NCBI RefSeq assembly: GCF_001194135.2
Contig: NC_068981.1
Coordinates: forward strand, 98,502,933 to 98,566,932
DNA from: Octopus bimaculoides
Taxonomy: Eukaryota
DNA: 64,000 nt
Reading direction: 5' to 3'
Notes under the pieces: generated by a model
What the model was told of the DNA's origin: nothing
Database searches by the model: none
Seen by the model: the letters and a program-made list of their open reading frames with translations, nothing else
In this document: piece by piece, positions 40,593 through 54,141 of the stretch
How the letters are laid out: each line of letters starts with the position of its first letter
Position numbering within the stretch: the first letter of the stretch is position 1
Program-made: the position numbers and the translations under genes

Positions 40593-40974
40593 TGTTGGCA
40601 CTCCGTCGCTTACGACGTCGAGGGTTCCAGTTGATCCCATCAACGGAACAGCCTGCTCGTGAAATTAATGTGCAAGTGGCTGAGCACTCCACAGACATGT
40701 GTACCCTTAACATAGTTCTCGGGGATATTCAGTGTGACACAGTGTGACAAGGCTGACTCTTTGAATTACAGGCACAACAGAAACAGGAAGTAAGAGTGAG
40801 AGAAAGTTGTGGTGAAAGAGTACAGCAGGGTTCGCCACCATCCCCTGCTGGAGCCTCGTGGAGCTTTAGGTGTTTTCGCTCAATAAACATTCACAACGCC
40901 CAGTCTGGGAATCGAAACCGAGATCCTATGACCATGAGTCCGCTGTCCTAACCACTGGGCCATTGCGCCTCCAC
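40593..40974 (-). mobile_element. Full-length SINE family C with 10-bp TSD
   Basis: TSD gcaatctagt at 40583-40592 and 40975-40984; tRNA A and B boxes on the minus strand; CpG-rich, suggesting a young copy. Confidence 0.88.
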
Positions 40975-41609
40975 GCAATCTAGTGTTAGTGTCTAACAGC
41001 CATACTATCACTGACATGTGAACAGTCTTCAATGCAGGTTATGTTTAAGATTTATAAAGAGCCTATAAACTAACAAAAGTGGAATATATTTTGGCCTAAA
41101 GATACACATTTGTCAACATTATATATGTGAAATCACCATGGAAGGTTAATGATTTTCAAGCTTAACCTTTATAGCAACTGAAAGCTTTAGTTGCATGTTG
41201 TTCAGACATAGAGTAGGTGTAATTTATTAGTATAAGTAGCAATTATACCTTTATAGTTTTGAAGGTAACTAAGTTATGTTGCCATTAAACATTCTTCAAG
41301 ATCATTGTACACAGAAGTAGTTCATGTCTAGCATGAATTATCTAGATTTTATGTGAATGTAACCAAGAAAATTGGTATAACAGAAAGCAGGTCATTAACG
41401 ACAAAAGTGTGTTGGAGACACAACTAAACTTTGTGGTATATCAATTGAAAGATTATGAGGCAAGGAGGGCTCTGTAGTGCAAGTTTCATTGCACTATGCA
41501 AAGTAGAGCTCACTCCCATGGTCTCTCACCTTCTTCAGCAAAAGTTTTTGACTGAAAGGAGAAAGGCAAACAAATCTGGTAGATATGACTTCATAGAAAC
41601 TAGAATGAA

Positions 41610-41648
<39 letters not shown>

Positions 41649-41714
41649 TCTTTTCAATGTCACATCTATTCACAGAAGAGAAAAAATTTAAATGGAAAAG
41701 CAGCAATTGTGTAA

Positions 41715-42370
41715 TGTAAATGTGCATACCCATCAGAGTGTAAGTATCTTGAGAGAAAAGCTGAACATAAGAAGCATCAGTAGTGGTGTGCAAGAGAGAC
41801 GATTGCGCTGGTTTGGACATGTGGTGAGAATGAATGAGGATAGCTGCGTGAAAAAGTGCCACTCCCTGACAGTTGAGGGAACCCGTGGAAGAGGCAGGCC
41901 CAGGAAGACCTGGGCTGAGGTGGTGACGCAAGACCTTCGAACATTGGGCCTCACCGAGGCGATGACTACTGACCGAGATCTTTGGAAATGTGCTGTGNNN
42001 NNNNNNNNNNNNNNNNNNNNNNNNNNNNNNNNNNNNNNNNNNNNNNNNNNATCCTGAGCGTGACCGTTGCCAGTACCGCCTGACTGGCCTTTGTAGGGTT
42101 TTCGAGCGAGATCGTTGCCAGTGCCCCTGGACTGGCTCTTGTGCGGGTGGCACATAAAAGACACCATTTCGAGCGTGGCCGTTTTCGTGCGGGTGACACG
42201 TAAAAGCACCCACTACACTCTCTGAGTGGTTGGCGTTAGGAAGGGCATCCAACTGTAGAAACTCTGCCAAATTAGATTGGAGCCTGGTGTTGCCATCCGG
42301 TTTCACCAGTCCTCAGTCAATTCGTCCAACCCATGCTAGCATGGAAAGCGGACGTTAAACAATGATGATG
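41715..42370 (+). mobile_element. RTE-clade LINE 3' end: ORF C-terminus, 3'UTR and (ATG)n tail
   Basis: LREKLNIRSI...RRLRWFGHVVRMNEDSCVKK...EGTRGRGRPRKTW, then a UTR ending ggaaagcggacgttaaacaatgatgatg. Confidence 0.9.
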
Positions 42371-42744
42371 AATCACACTCATACAATGTCTGACACTGCA
42401 AGTAGAATAGATGATAATGATGGTGGTCTAGTCCCAAAATGGTGGACTGGTGACCATTTAAGTGTCAAGCAAAATGCTTTGCAGTGTTTGTTCCAGCTTT
42501 TGACATTTACAGTTCAAATGTTACAGATGTTAATTTTGCCTTTTCTCCTGGGATTGATGAAATAAAGTACCAATCAAGAACTGGGGGTTGATATAATCAA
42601 CCACAAATTTCTGATTTGTAACTAGATAAAGGTTATTATTCAATTATTTGGAATTGATAGTATGGTAGGACAGTGCAAGCTCAATAGCCACAATTTTCCA
42701 TTCCTTTCCTTTAAAAATATCAGCTCTCGTATGTATGTGAGATT

Positions 42745-43080
42745 TATCATCATTGTTTAACATCCGCTTTCCATGCTAGCGTGGGTTGGACGATTTGACT
42801 GAGGACTGGCAAGCCAGAAGGCTGCATCAGGCTCCAATTTAATCTGGCAGAGTTTCTACAGCTGGTTGCCCTTTCTAACGCCAACCACTCCAAGAGTGTA
42901 GTGGGTGCTTTTATGTGCCACCAGCACGAGGGCCAGTCACACGGTACTGGCAATGGCATCGCTCAAAAGGTGTTTTTTACGTGCCACCTGCACGGGAGCC
43001 AGTCCAGCGGCACTGGCAACGACCTCGCTCGAATGATTTTCTAACATGCCACCAGCACAAGTGCTAGAAGGCGACGCTCC
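42745..43080 (-). mobile_element. 5'-truncated copy of the same RTE 3'UTR
   Basis: Reverse complement of 42050-42370; similar copies at ~26965, 29275, 37430, 46255, 52820, 54355, 55830, 56820 and 61520. Confidence 0.8.
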
Positions 43081-44079
43081 ATATTCATTATTATTCATTA
43101 GTCAGAGCCTTTAATCCTCTTAAGTCCTCATTGACTGAAAGATTGAGAGAGGCTAAAGGAGTGTGGTTCATGTTTAATTTAAATTTAATTTAACTGTGAG
43201 AAGTGTGATATAGTGTTTGAGAAAGATGAAGTTCTGGCAACATGTTTAGCATGAAACTGGAAAAAACATATATAGTGAAAAGATGAGATGGAGATGACAG
43301 AGTTAGAAATATAAAAGAAGTAGATGTCATTGTAGAAGAGACAAGAGAGATGAAGAAGAACAATGAGCCATTTGTTAATGAATGAGAGTTTTTCTTAAGA
43401 TCTCTTTCTAGGATGCAGTTTAATGTAAGTGCATGCAATTAGTATACACACATATATATATAGCATGGATTATATTTGTGTACACAAATATTGGTAGTAT
43501 TATGTGGAGTGTATTTATGCCATCAAAGGGTTAGTAACTAGCCAAAACTAGAGTACTTTTAAGACTTAAGGAGAAACAGATGTCATTTTAGATAAAACTT
43601 TAGTATGTTAAGTCTTTGGGGAAGATTATAAAACTAGCATGTGCAGTGATGACATATTGAGCTAACTATTTGATGCATGAGCTATTTATAGCAGCAAGGT
43701 TATATACAAAAGACAATAATTATCAAATTTTCTTTCAACAAATTAAAGAAAACATCAATACTCATCTACATTGTATTTTTCCATCTTGTCTACTAGATAT
43801 GTTCTTGTACTACCTCACCCCTGTCCCTCTTAACTCACTTATCTTGTTACCCATATTGTTTGCATCCCACCCCTAACACTTACCACTTTTCCTTAGCCTT
43901 TCCTTCCCAAAATATTATCTCTTTGCACTTTCCTCTTTGCCCATGTTTTTCTTTCAGCTGTCAGTTATTCAAGAACATCAACTGGGTCTCTAGATAATTA
44001 TTAAAATATACACTATAATTTCTGGTCACTAATCACCCATACTAATGATTTATAATAGCTTTTAACAATATTTTCAGTT

Positions 44080-44685
44080 GTAAGGACACAAGCTGGTAGA
44101 ACTGTTAGCATGCCAGGCAAAATACTTAGTACCATTTCGTCTGTCTTTATGTTCTGAGTTCAAGTTTTGCCCAGGTCGGCTTTGCCTTTCATCCTTTTGG
44201 AGTCAATAAAAATAAGTACCAGTTGAACATTGAGGATTGATGTAATCAACTTAACCCCTCTGTGAAAGCGCTGGCCTTATTCTTTTACTCTTTTACTTGT
44301 TTCAGTCATTTGACTGCGGCCATGCTGGAGCACCGCCTTTACTCGAGCAAATCGACCCCAGGACTTATTCTTTGTAAGTCTAGTACTTATTCTATCGGTC
44401 TCTTTTGTCGAACAACTAAGTTACGGGGACGTAAACACACCAGCATCGGTTGTCAAGCGATGGTNNNNNNNNNNATATATATATACATACATATATATGA
44501 CGGGCTTCTTTCAGTTTCCGTCTACCAAATCCACTCACAAGGCTTTGGTCGGCCCGAGGCTATAGTAGAAGACACTTGCCCAAGGTGCCACGCAGTGGGA
44601 CTGAACCAGGAACCATGTGGTTGGTAAGCAAGCTACTTACCACACAGCCACTCCTACACCTTGCACCAAAATTTGAAACCAATAG
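44080..44685. mobile_element. SINE A (+) interrupted in its tail by a full-length SINE B (-) at ~44280-44660
   Basis: The SINE A tail ctggcctt|...|ttgcaccaaaatttgaaacc is split by the SINE B. Confidence 0.75.
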
Positions 44686-47600
44686 TTACAGTAGTATTTT
44701 AAACTGCTTTAATTCACTTCAGACTTTGCATCTGAAATAGTCTGATAAATTGAATTTTTAAGTTTCATTTGCCCTCTGCACACAACATGAAGGGGAAAAT
44801 CTTCAGTAATGACCAAATAAGTTATTGTTATATGTTCATTATATGCTTTTATTTAAAACCTGCTCTATCACATTCACTTCCAATATCTCATACAGTAATG
44901 AAGTAGGGCTTAAACAACCACTTTATTCATGACCTTAAGTTCTACTGCCTCCTTAGCCATTAATAAGAGTTACTGCACAGCTAGTTCTGTAAAAAGACTT
45001 ACTCTCTTATGTTACACGTCAGTGGCCTTATCCTTGACAACTCTAATCCTTTAGCATTCAGATTTCTTTGTCAAATGCATTGCTTATTTATTCACATTGT
45101 TTTGAATTAATTACGCATTATCTTCTCGCTTCAAGATTTCAATGATGTGTTTGTATACTTTTAGAATGACATTGTAGGGTAAACAAGAGAGGTTGGATCT
45201 GGTCTCTTTTAACATGAAGCAAGCAGAATATGTGGGCCAGATATGGTCAGATTAAATGTTAAAGGATTAAAACAAGGCAACATTGTTGCTCTTGACATCA
45301 GCAAAGTTAAGTCTTTGGCTCAGTCTTTCAAGACAGCTTCCTAGTTAAGTTAATAATAGGCTCTCTTGGATCAGAAGTTTCCTGTCAGACTTCTGATTGC
45401 AGTGTGCACACCTAGGGCTTTGTTCACCCCATACTAGCAACTGATATATTTTAAACTTGAGTTATATCTCCAACATTATGTGTTGTATATAAATGGCTGA
45501 GCCAGCGTGATAAAAGGTTCGTTACATTGGTGAATATAACCTTATAAGTTTTAACATGTTACATGTTTAAATTAAAAAAACAAAAAAGTTTTAAAAATTT
45601 ATCTAAACATCACAGGAGTCATGATACTTATAAACCAAAATAAGTGACACAAGACATGATAGTTCTGTACTTCCAGACCCCAAATAAGACAAAAATCAAA
45701 CCAATGAGGAACCCTCAATGTGGTCGATCGATCTGCTCGGAAAAACAGCCAACTCTCCTTAATTACACTTGATTTAAAAACTAACGATATATTGAATATG
45801 TAGCACTAAATACTTTGTGTTTGTCAAAAACAAAACAAAAAAAATGTAAGATGGTCACAGCTGGAGTTTCTTTGATAATAAGGTTAATCAATCAAAACTA
45901 GCTTGAAGCTCCTCCTTTGATTACAGGTTTGTTCATTCAAAGTCTAACTTGAGGCTAAGTAACATGACAGAGCTAACACCATATTGAATGATTAAATAAC
46001 GTATGAGCCAACTAGGGAGCCGCTACATGGCGGCTCACTCTGTTAGAAATAGCAGCCCATTCTCCTTGACGTCTTAGAAAAGACAAATTAGATACTGTGG
46101 TCCAGGAACTCTGCACATAGAGAAAAGACGAGATGGTCACAGTTAGAATACCTTACATCAGTGGTTTCCAACTTTTTCACTACCAAGGACTCCTTTTATT
46201 TAAATGAGTTTTCCCATGGACCCCTTTTAATATGCTTATTCCTATATATATATCATCATCATCATCGTCGTTTAACATCTGCTTTCCATGCTAGCATGGG
46301 TTGGACGATTTGACTGAGGACTGGTGAAACCAGATGGCTACACCAGGCTCCAATCTGATTTGGCAGATATATATATATGTGTGTGTGTGAAATTTATATA
46401 TATATATATATATATGTGTGTGTGNNNNNNNNNNNNNNNNNNNNNNNNNNNNNNNNNNNNNNNNNNNNNNNNNNNNNNNNNNNNNNNNNNNNNNNNNNNN
46501 NNNNNNNNNNNNNNNNNNNNNNNNNNNNNNNNNNNNNNNNNNNNNNNNNNNNNNNNNNNNNNNNNNNNNNNNNNNNNNNNNNNNNNNNNNNNNNNNNNNN
46601 NNNNNNNNNNNNNNNNNNNNNNNNNNNNNNNNNNNNNNNNNNNNNNNNNNNNNNNNNNNNNNNNNNNNNNNNNNNNNNNNNNNNNCAATGTTTAAATACA
46701 TTTTTAGAATAACACTTTTAAATAAATTGCTCTTGTTTCGTTATGAGAAGCATTTCTGAAATATTTGCATTTGAACTGCGCGTGTTTTGGTTTGCTGTCT
46801 AAAACTTAATGATTAAAATTTTAGAAGCAGTAGAACAAATAAGACGACCTCACAGTTATTTCTTTATCTTATTTTCTTTTCTTTTTGTTAGGGATGGGGG
46901 GGGGATAATTCAAAGTCTATTTGTTTTATTCTTTATTGCTTTTGAAACTTAGTTAAGGACACTTTATCGCAGTGCTACTCAAAATGAACAATTCTACCTT
47001 CTGGGGCGGGGATAATGGGGATACTAGGACGAAAGGGGCGGTAAGGAGATTGTAGATGCATCTTTCAATTTTCAGTTTTAATCTGTGCGAAGCATCTGGT
47101 AATATTAATGGTCGAAATGGTTTTTTTATATTGCTGTTTTTTTTTTACATTCCAAATAGTATTTTAATAGTGATCAACCATTGGCAGCAAGTTTTTGTGG
47201 TGTATATAATTCTGGGCAATTACAGCAAAGAGGCGTTGAAAAAGGGAGCGAACGTTTGATAAGCACTGTTCTATTTCTATTAAATATTACTTCTGTAAAC
47301 AGAAATATTCTGGCTAAGAATATTGTCGTTCATTGTCAAACTAAAATGGTTCAGTTCCCTGTGCAACTGTTTGTTTACCTTTTTTTTTTGTCTTTAGAAA
47401 CCATTTTGTATGCTTGTATGTATTCTTACGGGTTTATAGTAACTTATTGTAGTGGACATTATTACACTTTCAGTACGTTTACTAATGTTGTTAACCCCTG
47501 CTGATTGAGCAAAGCTAAAATCAAAGGCATTCCAGTTTTAACCATTCTGTCTGTATTTTATCAGGAATAGTATATTTAGGACTAAATTATTTAATGTGCT

Positions 47601-48791
47601 TCACCCTTTTCTTATGAACAATAAGGTATGACTGGGGGGGGGGGATGTGGCTTCTGTTTCCAGTAAATCGAACAACTCCGAGTTATGTTTATTAGAACTG
47701 GGGGTCGATAAAATAAGCATCAACCAAGTACAAGAGTCGATAAAATCGACTGTTCCTTCCCACAAAAGTTCTGGCACTGTACCGATGCCAAAAATCATCG
47801 TTACATATAAACATATACATATGCTCACACGCAACTAAGATAATGCTACGACAGCAACAACCACCTTATACGAAAGAGATAAGCTCAAATCTTTTCTTGG
47901 GGACATACATACGTGGGTGACTGCGGGTGGAAAACAATATCAACTTGTTAATGGATTTATTTACTACCAATTACATGCGTTGATCAATCATTTGCAATGG
48001 TGTTTTGTTCAATAGAAGTTTTTAAAAATAGCTTGTAATTAATAACTATAAACGCAGCAATAAGAAGCGAGACGTCAGCGAAATTTATAAGATCAATTTA
48101 CTGCTTAGAAAGCACCAGATGTTTAAACATGTGTCAAGGGGAGGTTTTTTTTTTGCTGACTCTGCGAAAGTCGAAGATTTTACTCTATTGAGTTGGTATG
48201 ACATAAAAACAAAATATTAATTCTAACGATGCACATTCTTCGCTTTATTATGATTAAAAATAAATTTATATAAAAGAACTTTTAGAAAAGATAAACNNNN
48301 NNNNNNAATCAAGGATGCGAATGTAATGCTAAAATAAAATTTACCATATATAATTTTGGTAGTGTGTGCTTGGAAATTAAAGAGCAAAGATATATACATA
48401 TACATATATATATATAATTATTAAATGTTGGCATCGATATAATTGATTGTTCCCCTCCCCAAATTTGTGGCCTTCTGCTTAAGCATGATCGTTATTATGT
48501 ATTGACGGGTATTTAATGTCTACGTACTAAAATAATGGAAAGATTCTATGTAAGGAGAATATCGTGTATTTTCGATACGGGATTGAATCCAAAGATTTCA
48601 ATTTTATATCAAGTGTGTTTTACTGATTGGATGATGTCTTTTGATCGACGTCTGCTCTTTACTGGCATGGATCCAATTGGTGCGAGAAGATTCCCACTAC
48701 CATTAAACAAACAGCAGGCTAAAGAAAATCATAAATAAAGGTTATAAAACGTAGGTATGTAAAATAAATAATAAATATAGATATGCCTTAC

Positions 48792-48884
48792 CGGTCTCAA
48801 AAGTCTGACGATAAAATAGATAAAGGAACAAGCGAATATCACAGCTAAAACCCAACGTTTCCTAAGTAAGCGAGACGTAAACAT
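48792..48884 (-). CDS. SPRING1: SPRING1 coding exon 1 (MFTSRLLRKRWVLAVIFACSFIYFIVRLLRP; signal-anchor TM)
   Basis: RLLRKRWVLA is shared with the human N-terminus (RRLLRKRWVLALVF); CCG|GTAAGG donor; 93 nt, phase 0. Confidence 0.93.
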
Positions 48885-49497
48885 CGGGTCTGGCGAAAAG
48901 TTGACATTAAGACGTTTAAAGTTAGCTCTTCTTGATCGCTTCGTATTCAAATGTGGACTTTAGCTTAAAGGAGTAAAGAAAACATTCCAATTTGATTTAA
49001 ATGTTATTTTTAATAGAATCCAAACACTATTCAGTCATTTTAATTTCAGGAGAAATATATTTATATATTGAATGCAGCATCAACCCATAAACAAATGTTT
49101 AAAAAGAAGTGTATATATAATATAAACAAATATTTCGTGCAACTAGCTCTTTATGATTATATTTTGGTTTGTTTTTTGTCTTCGAATATTTTATTCTACT
49201 GCAGTATTTACTTCCTCGCCCAGTTTTATTGTAACTAATAATAATTCCGTAAAGAGTTACGTCTTTATCCTTAGTGTAGAAAATGACATAAAGTTAGAGA
49301 GATCATTTCATCGAAAGTTATAGTGCTGTGGAAATGCTTCAGATTTCTTCAGTTTGGGTGGTGAAAACCTACTAATTGGAGATTTGGCATTTCTGTGATA
49401 TAGAGGAAATTCTTTTGCATATTTTATCTTATAAACGACAATATTTCTCTCCAAAAAGTGTAACAAGGGCAACAAACGGAAATAATTGTTGGATATA

Positions 49498-51001
49498 CAG
49501 TGTGCCCCCGCTTATTCGCAGTTCGGCTTTCGCGGAAACCACTGCATATTCGCGGAATCGTAAATATCGTCTACGATATTTTATGGCATTTTTCATGGCA
49601 ATATATACTTTTTCACACTTTTCAAGGCTAAACTATTAATAATAATATATCGTATTTGCCAGTTTACTGGACGCCCCCTTCGCTGAAGGTCCCTCTGATA
49701 AGAATAGCCGCGCATCAAGTTGCTTGATATTTTTTAGATACAAGTACACTGTATCTTGTATCTCTTATTCCTGATTTCAATCAAAGCTTGCTAATTAGTA
49801 TAGCGGCTACCAGGGCTTTTTTAAAAAAAATCATAGCTACATTTTGTCATACACAATGTTTATTTCAACAAGGTAATTTTTTTAAGGTCGTGTGCCAATA
49901 TAGCTTCATAGAAATTAGGTTACTTGCTGCTCTCTCTTATTATTATAGTATAGATTACTATATCTAGAAATAAAATGAACTAAATTTTTCAAAACTATGA
50001 TTATTTTTAATCCCTGCTTAATCTCCCATTGGTGGTATATGCATATTAGACGCAATGAAGATTTCTTTGGGGGAAAAACTGCGTCCAGTAGCTATGCCCA
50101 GTATTTTGTTGAGTACTGTTTTTTGCAACGTGTTTGCAGCCTTAAGGTGCCCCCAAACGCCCTACACCTAAGGCTTCTGGTAGTGAACCTAAGCGCCAGA
50201 AAAAGGTTATGACGCTCCATGAAAAGGCACAACTGCTAGATATGTACCGGGAAGGTAAAGGTTTTGCTGCAGTAGGTCACTATTATGTTGTCTACGAAAG
50301 CACCATAATTCTACATAAAGAGCAAGGCGGTGATCAGGACCACCGTAGCAGTAAGTTGCTGTGAAACTGCCAAAAAGATAACAATAGTGAGAAATAAGCA
50401 CTTCATCATGATGGAATCTGCCTTGGCATTGCAGATCAGTAACTGCAAGAAGAAAAACTCCCTTGAGCAGTAACATCATCTGTGCGGAAATTATACCAGC
50501 AGTTTGACAGAGGAGACGGAGCAGAAAGCACCGAAGAACCGCAACCAAGACCATTGACAGCATCGAACCCTGAAAATTTTCAAACCAGCAAGGGATGGTT
50601 TGACCATTTCCAGAAACAGTTTAGAATAAAGTGTGTTTAGCCACCAAGAAGAACCTCGAGACCTTCAGGTAGATCATTGAGGACAAGGGATACAAGCCGA
50701 AACAGGTTTTAAGTATGGACGAGACTGGCTTGTTCCGGAAGAAGATGCCTTCCAGAATGTACATCATGAAGGACGAAGCCAGAGCCCCACCATTTAAGGC
50801 ACAGAAGGACAGAGTGATGCTAATTATATGTTGCAATGCTGCTGGGTTCATGATGAAACCAGGATTTATCTATAAGTCCATGAACCTGAGGGCCTTCAAA
50901 AATTAGAATAAAAGCCTGCTGCCTGTTCACTGGATGCACAACCCCAAGGCCTGGATTACCAAAAGTCTAACTTTGAATTGGTTCCACCAATGCTTCGTCC
51001 C
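49498..51001 (+). mobile_element. Tigger/pogo DNA transposon, disrupted transposase, truncated by a gap
   Basis: TA|CAG...CCCCGCTTATTCGC TIR; MTLHEKAQLLDMYREG (HTH), SKGWFDHFQKQF (CENP-B-like HTH), MDETGLFRKKMPSR...KDRVML...CNAAG...NPKAWIT (DDE domain). Confidence 0.9.
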
Positions 51002-51680
51002 NNNNNNNNNNNNNNNNNNNNNNNNNNNNNNNNNNNNNNNNNNNNNNNNNNNNNNNNNNNNNNNNNNNNNNNNNNNNNNNNNNNNNNNNNNNNNNNNNNN
51101 NNNNNNNNNNNNNNNNNNNNNNNNNNNNNNNNNNNNNNNNNNNNNNNNNNNNNNNNNNNNNNNNNNNNNNNNNNNNNNNNNNNNNNNNNNNNNNNNNNNN
51201 NNNNNNNNNNNNNNNNNNNNNNNNNNNNNNNNNNNNNNNNNNNNNNNNNNNNNNNNNNNNNNNNNNNNNNNNNNNNNNNNNNNNNNNNNNNNNNNNNNNN
51301 NNNNNNNNNNNNNNNNNNNNNNNNNNNNNNNNNNNNNNNNNNNNNNNNNNNNNNNNNNNNNNNNNNNNNNNNNNNNNNNNNNNNNNNNNNNNNNNNNNNN
51401 NNNNNNNNNNNNNNNNNNNNNNNNNNNNNNNNNNNNNNNNNNNNNNNNNNNNNNNNNNNNNNNNNNNNNNNNNNNNNNNNNNNNNNNNNNNNNNNNNNNN
51501 NNNNNNNNNNNNNNNNNNNNNNNNNNNNNNNNNNNNNNNNNNNNNNNNNNNNNNNNNNNNNNNNNNNNNNNNNNNNNNNNNNNNNNNNNNNNNNNNNNNN
51601 NNNNNNNNNNNNNNNNNNNNNNNNNNNNNNNNNNNNNNNNNNNNNNNNNNNNNNNNNNNNNNNNNNNNNNNNNNNNNNNA

Positions 51681-52400
51681 TGAGGTTGGTGGCAGTGGGG
51701 GAGAGACGGAAGGAGGAAATGAGGTCATGGATAGTGGAGGACATAGTCTGTTGGTAGCTGGGTGTTGGGTCAGGGCAGAGGGCAGTATAAGGAAGTGTCT
51801 TGAAGTTGGCAGAGAGCTTCCGCCTTGTAGAGGTCCACGCGCCACACCACCATGGCTCCACCCTTGTCAGCCAGTTTTATATGATGTCAGTGTGGCATTG
51901 GAGACATCAAAGGGCTGAGAATTTGGCTGGAGAAATGTTCAGATGACAGGGACATCTGGTAAAGTTAAACCAGTCCACAGCGTGCTGGCAAAAGCATGCA
52001 GAAAGATCAACTGCATGGAACTGGCGTCCACTGGCCAGGAGCTAGCGTCCACTGGCATGGTCGGCAGCCCAGGTCGGTGAAGCAGTCCTCCTCATTAGAT
52101 GTAGGTGGAGTGTCACGGAAAAGCACACACAATTTAACATGGCGCACAAAGCTGTGGATATTGGCACAAGTCCAAAATTTGTTGCTGGATGGAGTGAGGG
52201 GGATGAAGCACAGGCCCCTACTGAGGATGGAGCACTCCGCCTCAGAGGGGAAGATCTGAAGGAATGGTAACAACAGACTGAAGTGGAGAAGGGGTGGATG
52301 GGATAGGAATAGGAGGGAGGGGATGGGGTATATGTGTGAGATTTGGGGGAATGGGGGTGAGGGTGGGGGAGAGGCCGAACTTGTCCACTCACTCAACTGC
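51681..52400 (-). mobile_element. Penelope-like element, N-terminal ORF fragment
   Basis: SEAECSILSRGLCFIP...DIHSF-like segment, and DPTPSYQQTMSSTIHDLISSFRLSPTATNL running into the gap; typical of the region just before the PLE RT. Confidence 0.7.
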
Positions 52401-54067
52401 TATTTAACGTATATATATATATAACATATATATATATATAATCAATCTTTAACTAAAAACTAGTGTTTGTTTTTTTAACATCATGCAAAATGCACCAATT
52501 TCTTATTTTCTGTAAAAAGTGCACTATAACAGCAAAATGATTGTGAATTGCTAATGTAAATGATCACTAGAGCAATGAATTGTCTGAAACCAATATGTTA
52601 GCATGTCAGAGAAAATGCCTTGTGGTGTTTAGGTAGAAATCTTTATATGTTATGAGTCCCACTCTCACTGAGGCTAACTCAGCTTTTCACCCTTCAGGAG
52701 TCAATAAAATAAGCATCGAGGACTGGATCTGATACAATCATTTGTCACTTGTTGATGAGTATTTCTGCTCACCAAAAGGTAATTGGAAGAGGACCACCAC
52801 CACCACCATCACCATCACCATCTAACATCCACTTTCAATACTGGCATGAGTTGGTCAGATTGACAGGAACTGGCAAGGCCAAGAGCTGCTCTAGGCTCCA
52901 TTGTTTGCTTTGACATGGTTTCTACGGCTGGATGCTCTTCCTAATACCAATCATTTCACAGTGTGTGCTGGGTGCTTTTACGTGGCACTGCATGAGTGCT
53001 TTTTATGTAGCACCCTCACTTGCAAAACAAAACAATCCTTCAACTTGGAGGGAGGGAGTAGTATTGAAAGGGGTCATGACTTTGTGCCAGCTGGGAGATT
53101 AAAGGTACAGAGGAATAGAGATAGGTATCTTGCTGTGGGGATAGATACATGAATATCCCAAGAGGCATAACAATGTTATCTCCAAAGGTGTAGACATTAG
53201 CAAACAGAGTAGATCAGCAGTTACTCAATCTTAACATTGACGGTATGTAAAACTAAGGGAACAGTAATTGCTAATATAGCTCAACACCAGTGTTCTTAGG
53301 GAACTTTCAGTACCAGACTTCTTTAGAGACCTAGCTTTTGTAAAAAAAAAAGCATAGCTGCAAGGAAGTGTTAATTTGGAATATAAGTTGTAGGTAAACT
53401 AACACATTATAATACACGGGTCATTATCAGTTTCAACAATGAGTAATAAACTGTTTGAACAACTGAACAATATGCTCATTGAATTTGCATGTAAATGGTT
53501 GAACACTCCAAAAACATGTGTATCCTTAACACAATTCTCAGGTAGAATCAGCTTGATAGTGTGACAGCACTGCACCTTGTTCTTATTACAAACATGTCTA
53601 ATTACTCACTTTGTGCACCTTTTTCTTTTCTTTTGCCATGATTTCTCCTACCTGTCTTACACACTCTTTCTCTCTGCTAACCCCCATCTGCATCTGTTTT
53701 CTAACTTTCATAAATTTGTCTCACACAATCTTTGTCTTTTCTATCTTTCTTGACACCACTATCACACAACACGTTACAATAATGGAAAAATTCAGATAAG
53801 CAAACCGCTAACTACTCTTCCTTCTTCCTATCATTCTCCATTCAAATTACAAGTACAATTCATTTGTTAGGCTTCTCCACAGTTTCCATCTACCCAATTT
53901 CAATCACATGGTTTCAGTTGACCTGAGGCTAATGTAAAAGACTTGCCTAAGATGCAGTGTATTGGGATTGAACCTGGAACTGTGGAACTACAAAGCAAAC
54001 TTCTGAACTATTTGACCATGCTATATCATATTACATAAAAATTAAATAAATAAAGCAACAGTAACAT

Positions 54068-54073
54068 TTTATT
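54068..54073 (-). promoter_or_regulatory. RAD50: Candidate RAD50 polyadenylation signal
   Basis: AATAAA on the minus strand ~70 nt after the stop codon. Confidence 0.35.
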
Positions 54074-54141
54074 TATATACACTGAAAGATGAATAATATC
54101 ATAAATGAAAATTTTAACAAAACTTGTCTTTATTAAGGCCA

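Noticed and set aside
40260-40720. Near-perfect ~220-bp direct duplication
   Set aside because: The copies flank an 18-N gap and differ by about one base, typical of uncollapsed overlapping contig ends or haplotypes.
46984-47040. Plus-strand mini-ORF MNNSTFWGGDNGDTRTKGA ending at GCG|GTAAGG
   Set aside because: No downstream partner exon or homology found; noted only as part of the CpG-rich domain.
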